Positions 1-6,789 of a stretch of DNA of 6,789 nt are shown here, piece after piece. The notes under the pieces are model-generated. The model was not told the DNA's origin and made no database searches. It worked only from the letters and a program-made list of their open reading frames with translations. Position 1 is the stretch's first letter. Each line of letters begins with the position of its first letter. The stretch lies in assembly GCF_006345805.1 (NCBI RefSeq), contig NW_021828771.1, forward strand, positions 1 to 6,789, in the 5' to 3' direction. The stretch is from Octopus sinensis (lineage: Eukaryota). Made by a program: the position numbers and the translations under genes.

Positions 1-360
1 CTCCATCCATCATCACTATCACCGCCAAATCATCATAATCGCCACCACAACCACCACCACCACCATCACTACCACAACCACCATCACCACCACCATCGCC
101 GCAACCATCACCACCACCAAAACACCCCATCGCAGCCGCCACCATCACCACCACCACCACCACCACCACCACCACCACCACCACCACCATCGACATCATC
201 ATCATCGTCATAATCTTCATCAACACCATGTTCATTATCACCACCAGCACCACCAGCACCACCAGCACCACCACCACCACCACCACTTCCCACTGCCTCC
301 ATCACCGTCATCGTCATCACGAGCAGCAGCACCGACATCAGCTGCAGCAGCAGCAGCAGC
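1..360. repeat. Degenerate trinucleotide low-complexity tract (CAC/CAT/CCA grading into CAG)
   Basis: Imperfect ACC/ATC repeats from 1 to about 320, then (AGC)n to 360. The 108..449 minus ORF is its poly-Gly/Asp translation. Confidence 0.95.
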
Positions 361-480
361 AGGGGCAGTCTGGGGTTTAGTGAAGTGTGAAATACTGTGT
401 TGTTTAGTGAAACCCCAAAAGGTAATTTATTGAAATACATGTGTGGCAACAGGGTTTGTGGGGAGGTGGGGGAAAGGAAA

Positions 481-582
481 GGGATATTAATTAATGATTA
501 AATTAATTAATTATTTATTTAAAATTATAGAATAAAACAATAAATTAATCAAACAACTAAAATAACCAAATCAATAAATAAA
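481..582. repeat. AT-rich low-complexity tract (ATTA/AATAA-like)
   Basis: Nearly pure A/T with TTAATTAA and AATAAA motifs. Confidence 0.7.
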
Positions 583-689
583 TCTGGCAAAGATCACGTG
601 ACGAATGATCGATGGAGGAAAGTCTTTGATGAAATAAAAAATGGCAGACATCTCAAATTGGAAAAATTATTGAACTATCATGTATGCCA

Positions 690-775
690 CCACGTCTCCT
701 TCACCTCTACGGAGTTGATAAAACTGTTAGAAATAGCAGCGAAGTTTCCTTCAAAATCATAGCCGTAGGTGTTTT
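690..775 (+). mobile_element. Possible degraded internal fragment of an interspersed repeat (SINE body)
   Basis: GATAAAACTGTTAGAAATAGCAGCGAAGTTTCCTTCAAAATCA resembles, from memory only, an abundant octopus SINE segment. It has no second copy in the window to confirm it. Confidence 0.3.
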
Positions 776-780
776 TAGTT

Positions 781-1108
781 TGTATGTATGTATGTGTGTA
801 TGTATGTATGTATGTATGTATGTATGTATGTATGTGTGTGTGTATGTATGTATGTATGTATGTATGTGTGTATGTATGTGTGTGTATGTATGTGTGTGTA
901 TGTATGTGTGTGTATGTATGTATGTATGTAGGCATGCTTGTATGTGTGTATGCAGGTATACATGTATGTGTGTAGGTATGTATGTATGTATGTATGTACG
1001 TATGTATGTATGTATGCAGGCATGTAGTATGGGTGAATGCAGTAATACATGTATGTATGTGTGTGTATGTACGTATGTAAGTATGCAGGCATGCATGTAT
1101 ATGTGTAT
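781..1108. repeat. (TATG)n/(TGTG) compound microsatellite, opposite in orientation to the downstream CATA arrays
   Basis: Directly visible. It is fairly pure from 781 to 930 and degenerate (GCAGGCATG variants) afterwards. Confidence 0.97.
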
Positions 1109-1175
1109 GAACCTAAGCTAGAAACCGACTCTTTCTCCATTGGCAAGAAGCTTACACATTGAAACTACATAACAG
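1109..1175 (+). mobile_element. Old interspersed-repeat 3'-end fragment, copy A (probable SINE/LINE tail)
   Basis: CTAGAAACCGACTCTTTCTCCATTGGCAAGAAG aligns with copy C at about 2935-2970 (TTAGAAGCCGTCTCTTTCTCAGCAAGAAA) and is followed by CATA-like repeats. Confidence 0.6.
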
Positions 1176-1254
1176 CATATATACATACACACATAAAGTC
1201 ACATACATACATTCATGCATATACACATAAATACATATATACATACATACATTT
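1176..1254. repeat. Degenerate (CATA/TATA/CACA) microsatellite
   Basis: Directly visible, downstream of copy A. Confidence 0.8.
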
Positions 1255-1348
1255 ACAGAAGTTTATCATTTAAATGTATATAAGTATGACTAGATATGCA
1301 AGTATATTCATGAGAAGACATACATAAGACAAAACACAAATCTGCACG

Positions 1349-1446
1349 CATACATACATACATACATACATACATACATACATACATACATACATACATA
1401 CATGCATACATACATACATACATACATACATACATACATACATACA
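1349..1446. repeat. (CATA)n microsatellite, equal to the (ATGT)n 3' tail or flank of the minus-strand SINE
   Basis: About 24 units with one CATG variant. It abuts the SINE 3' end. Confidence 0.97.
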
Positions 1447-1746
1447 TCACCATGACCGACCAGGCTATCAGATGTTGTTACACATCGCTGGTCACAATGC
1501 ACTTCGCATTGTTTTAGCCTTCAAATGACGCCACCCTGCTGGCTAAGGGAGCAGGCCAACAGAAGAAAGAGTGAGAGAAAGTTGTGGCGAAAGAGTACAG
1601 CAGGGATCGCCACCCCCCACCCCCTGCCGGAGACTCGTGGAGCTTTAGGTGCTTTTAAGCGCACACAACGCCCGGTCTGGGAATCGAAACCGCGATCCTA
1701 CAACCACGAGTCCGCTGCCCTAACCACTGGGCCATTCCGCCTCCAC
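1447..1746 (-). mobile_element. tRNA-derived SINE (family 1), near full length
   Basis: Minus strand reads GGAGGCGGAATGGCCCAGTGGTTAGGGCAGCGGACTCGTGGTTGTAGGATCGCGGTTTCGATTCCCAGACCGGG. It has a Pol III A box TGGCCCAGTGG (1724-1734) and a B-box-like GGTTTCGATTCCC (1679-1691). The head resembles tRNA-Thr(CGT) by eye but does not form a proper cloverleaf. A unique body and hairpin-rich tail follow, ending in (ATGT)n. Candidate imperfect target-site duplication at 1345-1360 and 1744-1759. Confidence 0.88.
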
Positions 1747-1787
1747 CCATACATACATATGAATGTGAATTTCTCTGGGTTAACTAC

Positions 1788-1871
1788 ATTCCAAAGACGG
1801 AGCCTTGAATCTTTGTTGGAAACCGGCTCCCTTCTCAGTGGAAGATTTATAATAATTAAAAAATAGAAGAG
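1788..1871 (+). mobile_element. Old interspersed-repeat 3'-end fragment, copy B
   Basis: ATTCCAAAGACGGAGCCTTGAATCTTTGTTGGAAACCGGCTCCCTTCTCAG matches copy C (2911-2960) at about 40 of 51 positions by hand alignment. It runs directly into the 1 kb CATA array. Confidence 0.7.
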
Positions 1872-2882
1872 ACATACATACATACATACATACATACATA
1901 CATACATACATACATACATACATACATACATACATACATACATACACACATACATACATAAATACATACATACATACATACATACATACATACATACATA
2001 CATACACACATACATACATATATACATACATACATACATACATACATACATACATACATGCATACATGCATACATACATACATACATACATGCATACATA
2101 CATACATACATACATACATACATACATACATACATACATACATGCATACATGCATACATACATACAACATACATGCATACATAATAACATACATGCATAC
2201 ATGCATACATACATACATACATACATACATACATACTACATACATACATACATACACACATACATACATAAATACATAAATACATACATTACATACATAC
2301 ATACATACACACATACATACATATATACATACATACATACATACATACATACATACATACATGCATACATGCATACATACATACATACATACATGCATAC
2401 ATACATACATACATACATACATACATACATACATACATACATACATACATGCATACATGCATACATACATACATACATACATGCATACATACATACATAC
2501 ATGCATACATGCATACATACATACATACATACATACATACATACATACATAATGCATACATACATACATACTACATACATACATGCATACATACATACAT
2601 ACATACATACATACATACATACATGCATACATGAATACATAATACATTACAGACATACATACATACATACATGCATACATACATACATGCATACATACAT
2701 ACATACATACATACATACATGCATACACACATACATACATACATACATACATAAATACATACATACATACATACATGCATACATACATACATGCATACAT
2801 ACATACATACATACATACATGCATACATACATACATACATACATACATACATACATACATACATACATACATGCATGCATAC
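1872..2882. repeat. About 1 kb (CATA)n microsatellite with CATG, CACA, TAAA and TATA variants
   Basis: Directly visible. It accounts for all the MYVC/HTYI ORFs. Confidence 0.98.
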
Positions 2883-2894
2883 GTAAAAATACCC

Positions 2895-2990
2895 TGTTGT
2901 TGATGTTGGAATTCCAATGAAGGAGCCTTGGATCTAGATTAGAAGCCGTCTCTTTCTCAGCAAGAAATCTAGAAATATAACTAAATAATG
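2895..2990 (+). mobile_element. Old interspersed-repeat 3'-end fragment, copy C
   Basis: GGAATTCCAATGAAGGAGCCTTGGATCTAGATTAGAAGCCGTCTCTTTCTCAGCAAGAAATCT is homologous to copies A and B and is followed by ACATACATACAT. Confidence 0.7.
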
Positions 2991-3100
2991 ACATACATAC
3001 ATAAATCCACCCATCCATTCATCCATCCATCCATCCATTCATCCATACATCTATCCATCCATCCATCCATCCTTCCATCTATTCACACATACATACACAC
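2991..3100. repeat. Compound (CATA)/(CATC)n microsatellite
   Basis: Short CATA run, then CATC/CATT units from about 3005 to 3083. Confidence 0.92.
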
Positions 3101-3229
3101 AAGTATAAGTTCAATGCAGTTTTGAGATCTAAGATTCAACAGGTTTCCCCATATCTGTTTGATAAATCTATAGACGCTGGACATATCCAACAGATGACCA
3201 CTAGCGATATATCCTTTTGCCCATATAAA

Positions 3230-3283
<54 letters not shown>
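3230..3283. repeat. (AAT)18 perfect microsatellite
   Basis: Directly counted. It produces the poly-Asn of ORF 3122..3310. Confidence 0.97.
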
Positions 3284-3284
<1 letters not shown>

Positions 3285-3448
3285 GATTTACCAATTCCAA
3301 GAGAACTTAACGTCTTTGAAGCCGGACCTCATAAATCATTTGAAAATGTTTGAAATAATTTCAAAATATGTTCTGAGATTGTGGCATAGAATTTGGTTTA
3401 TTTGCCTGAAGAACTGTTGAACTTTGATGTGTATGTTTACATTATGCA

Positions 3449-3500
3449 GCAATAGTGCAACAGTGCAACAGTGCAGAATTGGTGCAATAGTGCACTAGTG
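3449..3500. repeat. Short 8-bp tandem repeat (GCAAYAGT)
   Basis: GCAATAGT GCAACAGT GCAACAGT gcagaattggt GCAATAGT GCACTAGT. Confidence 0.8.
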
Positions 3501-3595
3501 TCAGTCACAGAGCTTTCTCTTATATTTAGCATCATGCTTTCTTCGTTCTGCAACTACGTGGAATTGATATAGTTTAATAAAATATAACCATTCCT

Positions 3596-3600
3596 ACCAC

Positions 3601-3663
<63 letters not shown>

Positions 3664-4313
3664 CACCACCACCACCACCACCACCACCACCACAAAACAA
3701 CAACAACAACAAACAACGACAATCACCACTACCACCATCACAACTATTACAACCACCACCACCACCACCACCATCACCACCACCACACTCGCCACCACCA
3801 TATTCGCCACCACCACACTCGCCACCACCACACTCGCCACCACCACACTACCACCATAATCACCACCACCACCATCACCACCACAATCACCACTACACTC
3901 GCCACCACCCCACTCGCCACCACCACACTCGCCACCAAACCCACTCGCCCCAACCACCCACTCGCTCCGCCCACCACACTCCCACCCCACCCGCCACACC
4001 GCTATCAATCACAACCACCAAAACCATCACCCCACCATCACTACCACCACCACCACCACCACAATCACCACTACGCTCGCCACCACCCACCAACACCACC
4101 CTCGCCCAACCCCAGACCTCGCCCCACCACCCCACTCGCCACCACCACTCTCGCCACCACCCCACTCGCCACCACCCCACTCACCACCACCACAATCACC
4201 ACCACGCTATCACAACCACCAGAACCATCACCCCACAATCACCACCACACTCGCCACCACCACCACCAACACTTCAGCCACCACCACCACCACCACCGCC
4301 ACCACCACCACCA
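3596..4313. repeat. Compound trinucleotide tract (GAC)n-(CAC)n-(CAA)n grading into a 15-bp minisatellite (ACCACCACACTCGCC)
   Basis: Directly visible. The CTCGCC-marked unit recurs about 15 times between about 3779 and 4256. Confidence 0.93.
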
Positions 4314-4546
4314 CTGAGAGGTATGTCGGAGGGAAAGCCCCAGACTTATTAAATACCACTTAGGGGTCTCTGCTTTGTGGAAATGTTAATCACTGGCAAA
4401 GTTCAGCGCTGACCGATTGTTCCTGCATCCACAGATTGACACTGAAGATTAATGAATATACTGGAGGTGACACCTTAAGGCTAGGTTTCCGGACAGCCGT
4501 GCTTGACATACGGTTTCGAATCACGCTCGAAGCACTTTCAGAACAT

Positions 4547-4825
4547 CTTGTTTCTAATTTTAATTGTTTCAGTCACTCGACTACGGCCATGCTGGGGCAC
4601 GGCTTTGAAAGGTTTTTAGTCGAACAAATCGAACCCTATCCCATTATTTTTGTTTATTTTATAAAAAAAAGTCTGATATTTATTCTGTCGGTCACTTTTT
4701 GCTGAAGTTCTAAGTTAGTGGGGTGTTATAAAAAGAAGAACAAACGGTGGTGTAGACAAACCCAATGCTACACATACATACATGCGCACACACGCACACC
4801 CTACAGACCCCACATACGCACATAG

Positions 4826-4881
<56 letters not shown>

Positions 4882-5011
4882 GCGCTTCTTTCGGTTCTCT
4901 CTACCATATCTACTCACAAGGCTTTGGTCGGCTCCAGGTTAAAGGAAAAGGCAGCACACACAGCTATGTGGCTGGGAAGCAAACTTGTTACCACCCACCC
5001 ACTCCTGCACC
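4547..5011 (-). mobile_element. tRNA-derived SINE (family 2) with an internal (TG)n microsatellite; B box deleted or decayed
   Basis: Minus strand reads GGTGCAGGAGTGGGTGGGTGGTAACAAGTTTGCTTCCCAGCCACAT...GCCGACCAAAGCCTTGTGAGTAGATATGGTAGAGAGAACCGAAAGAAGC-(TG)n-...TAACTTAG...CAAAAAGTGACCGACAGAATAA...GATTTGTTCGACTAAAAA...CCCCAGCATGGCCGTAGTCGAGTGACTGAAACAA. It matches in order my recollection of a very abundant octopus SINE (not database-verified). A-box remnant at 4991-5001. Confidence 0.78.
4832..4879. repeat. (AC)24 microsatellite inside SINE family 2, with a degenerate CA extension back to about 4768
   Basis: Directly counted. Confidence 0.97.
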
Positions 5012-5016
5012 CATAG

Positions 5017-5040
5017 ATACATACATACATACATACATAC
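5017..5040. repeat. (ATAC)6, the 3' tail or flank of RTE-like copy 1, abutting the 5' end of SINE family 2
   Basis: Directly visible. Confidence 0.9.
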
Positions 5041-5043
5041 ATG

Positions 5044-5347
5044 ATGGCTGCCCCCTCGTTATCGAGTATGGCCATTGCCCGAAGTTTAACTGTTACTGGT
5101 GCTGTGATCGAATGTGACATTTTAGCCCAGCTAAAGATCTACAATGTCTTGTACAGAATTGGCAGCTAAAACCTTTACCGTTAATAGCCGGCTGTAGTTG
5201 TAACTTGGCCTCATGTACCTTTACATGTCGTTTAAGTCCTCCTGCCGAATTACACTCTCTTCCACATGCCCGACAGATATGATTAGTATGGTGTGTAACA
5301 CCACCACCAGTGGCTAGGTTGTCACTCATCTTTCTCGTTTTATGACT
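5044..5347 (-). mobile_element. 5'-truncated RTE-like LINE 3' end, copy 1 (two intact C2H2-type fingers plus terminal stem-loop)
   Basis: ORF remnant with CRACGRECNSAGGLKRHVKVH (5213-5275) and [22 protein letters not shown] (5099-5164), stop at 5093. It is colinear without gaps with 6250-6553 (22 mismatches in 304 bp). It ends in a nested hairpin then a microsatellite. The CxxC-x3-CxSxxGLxxH-x3-H pattern is what I recall from RTE ORF C-termini; the clade call is an inference because no RT domain is present. Confidence 0.75.
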
Positions 5348-5354
5348 ACAGGCT

Positions 5355-5381
5355 GACAGACAGACATACAGACAGACAGGC

Positions 5382-5414
<33 letters not shown>

Positions 5415-5461
5415 TACAGACAGACAGACAGACAGGCAGGCAGACAGACAGACAGACAGAC

Positions 5462-5462
<1 letters not shown>
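5355..5462. repeat. (GACA)n microsatellite with GGCA/TACA variants
   Basis: Directly visible. It grades into GATA. Confidence 0.97.
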
Positions 5463-5539
<77 letters not shown>

Positions 5540-5553
5540 GTAGGTAGGTATAG

Positions 5554-5609
<56 letters not shown>

Positions 5610-5637
5610 TATAGATAGATAGATAGATAGATAGATA
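5463..5637. repeat. Interrupted (GATA)n array, left: (GATA)19(GGTA)3TAGA(GATA)13 GATTATA (GATA)6
   Basis: Counted directly. Confidence 0.97.
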
Positions 5638-6072
5638 TGTGTTTCTTTATTAGCCACACAGGGCTGCACAGATAGAACAAATTACAAGGTAGAGCTTTTC
5701 TTTTGAAGGTTTAAAAAAAAAAAAAATAAAAATAATAAAATAAAAAACAAATACATAAAATAAAAAGGGGGGGGGTCGATCAAAAGGGATCGTAAAAGGA
5801 GAGAAAGAGAACAAAAAAGGGGGTGGGTTAAAAAAAAGGGGGAGAGGAAAAAAATTGATCAATAGGGATCGTTATCACAGAAATGTCAATATGAAGTGTA
5901 AAGGGGAGGACAGGTGAGGTTTACCCCGTGGAAAGAAAGCCTACGGAAAAGACCACGGTAACCTCGGTCAATGAAGTCACATGTTATATTTCTTTTTTTT
6001 TTTTTGCAAATAAGCAACTCTCTGTATTAATTTTACGGTTCATAGAATCATAGTCAAGGTGGCTTCGTCATT
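5638..6072 (-). mobile_element. 5'-truncated LINE 3' end, probably L1/Tx1-like (last ORF codons plus 3' UTR)
   Basis: Minus strand starts with codons [10 protein letters not shown]-stop (6072-6040). A pyrimidine-rich UTR of about 400 nt follows, with a stem-loop (5916-5965), AATAAA (5646-5651) and then (TATC)n. The ending CCCTGTGTGGCTAATAAAGAAA matches my recollection of octopus Tx1-like 3' ends. The clade is inferred, not proven. Confidence 0.65.
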
Positions 6073-6073
6073 C

Positions 6074-6247
<174 letters not shown>

Positions 6248-6249
<2 letters not shown>

Positions 6250-6696
6250 ATGGCTGCCCCCTCGTTATCGAGTATGGCCATTGCACGAAGCTTAACTGTT
6301 GCTGGTGCTGTGATCGAATGTGACTTTTGAACCCAGCTAAAGATCTACAATGTCTTGTAAAAAATTGGCAACTAAAACCTTTACCGGTAATAGCCGGCTG
6401 TAGTTGTAACGGGGCTTCATGTACCTTTGCTTGTCGTTTAAGTCCTCCTGCTGAATTACACTCTCTTCCACATGTCTGACAGATATGATTAGTATGGTGT
6501 GTAACACCACCACCAGTGGCCAGGTTATCACTCATCTGTCTCGCTTTATGACTTAGAAGATGGCTCTTGAGTCCAGCTTTACTGAGGCAGGGTCTTGAAC
6601 AGACACTGCATGTCAGCATCATAGGAAGACCCTTCCCATCTGGAAGTGTAACAGCGATGCCCTTCTTGATATCCCTCCTTACTTTCTCATGCGCAA
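6248..6696 (-). pseudogene. C-terminal remnant of a LINE ORF with three C2H2-type fingers (6548-6610, 6419-6481, 6305-6370)
   Basis: AHEKVRRDIKKG...CSVCSRPCLSKAGLKSHLLSH...CQTCGRECNSAGGLKRQAKVH...[22 protein letters not shown]. Finger 2 has His>Gln and finger 3 has Cys>Phe relative to copy 1. The listed ATG at 6733 comes from microsatellite and is not a real start. Confidence 0.72.
6250..6696 (-). mobile_element. 5'-truncated RTE-like LINE 3' end, copy 2 (longer)
   Basis: Homologous to copy 1 over 6250-6553 and extends about 143 bp further 5' before being cut by (TACA)n. It has the same terminal hairpin followed by (TATC)n. Confidence 0.78.
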
Positions 6697-6733
6697 CACA
6701 TACATACATACATACATACACACATACACACAT
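6697..6733. repeat. (TACA)/(CACA) microsatellite at the 5' truncation point of RTE-like copy 2
   Basis: Directly visible. Confidence 0.9.
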
Positions 6734-6789
6734 ATCGTCACTACTTATGACACCTTGAACACGTCCACCTATGTCGTCTTCACCACGGT

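Noticed and set aside
371-418. 8-bp inverted repeat TGGGGTTT...AAACCCCA with an internal TTTAGTGAA direct repeat
   Set aside because: Too short to distinguish from chance, with no target-site duplication or MITE-like context.
108-449. Gly/Asp-rich ORF on the minus strand
   Set aside because: It is a translation of a trinucleotide low-complexity tract.
1670-1746. Functional tRNA gene (Thr-like)
   Set aside because: Acceptor and anticodon stems do not pair properly, the B box has an extra base, and the sequence continues into a SINE body.
1525-1866. 113-aa plus-strand ORF
   Set aside because: It is an antisense reading through the SINE, with no recognisable protein features.
678-3018. Many long ORFs (up to 353 aa) of MYVC/HTYI composition
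   Set aside because: They are translations of TATG/CATA microsatellites, which lack stops in most frames. No domain content.
3574-4180. Val/Trp/Gly-rich minus-strand ORFs
   Set aside because: They are the reverse complement of the ACC/GAC repeats.
3449-4256. CRISPR-like array
   Set aside because: Repeat units are short, degenerate and lack unique spacers, and the context is eukaryotic with no cas genes.
4505-4530. B-box-like GGTTTCGAATC on the plus strand (possible further SINE head)
   Set aside because: No convincing A box at the proper spacing and no recognisable body.
4436-4705. 89-aa plus-strand ORF starting with TTG
   Set aside because: Non-ATG start, more than half is antisense SINE tail, and it has no motif.

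Overview
Eukaryotic, repeat-dominated DNA with no supportable host gene, rRNA, true tRNA or CRISPR array. More than half of the window is microsatellite or low-complexity sequence (CAC/CAT/GAC, TATG, about 1 kb of CATA, CATC, AAT, CA, GACA, GATA), and most ORFs in the track are translations of these repeats. Between the arrays lie non-LTR retroelement remnants. Five are on the minus strand: two different tRNA-derived SINEs (about 1447-1746 and 4547-5011), two 5'-truncated 3' ends of an RTE-like LINE whose ORF ends in tandem C2H2-type fingers (5044-5347 and 6250-6696; 22 differences over 304 aligned bp, counted by hand), and the 3' end of a probable L1/Tx1-like LINE (5638-6072). Three old copies of a short repeat 3' end on the plus strand each run into a CATA array. 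From memory, the SINEs and repeat landscape resemble Octopus (coleoid cephalopod) DNA; this was not verified by any search. The most notable structure is the Tx1-like fragment, which sits between two GATA arrays carrying the same ordered interruptions. That points to a 150-180 bp target-site-like duplication by a microsatellite-targeting element, inside a stack of retroelements that all abut tetranucleotide repeats.
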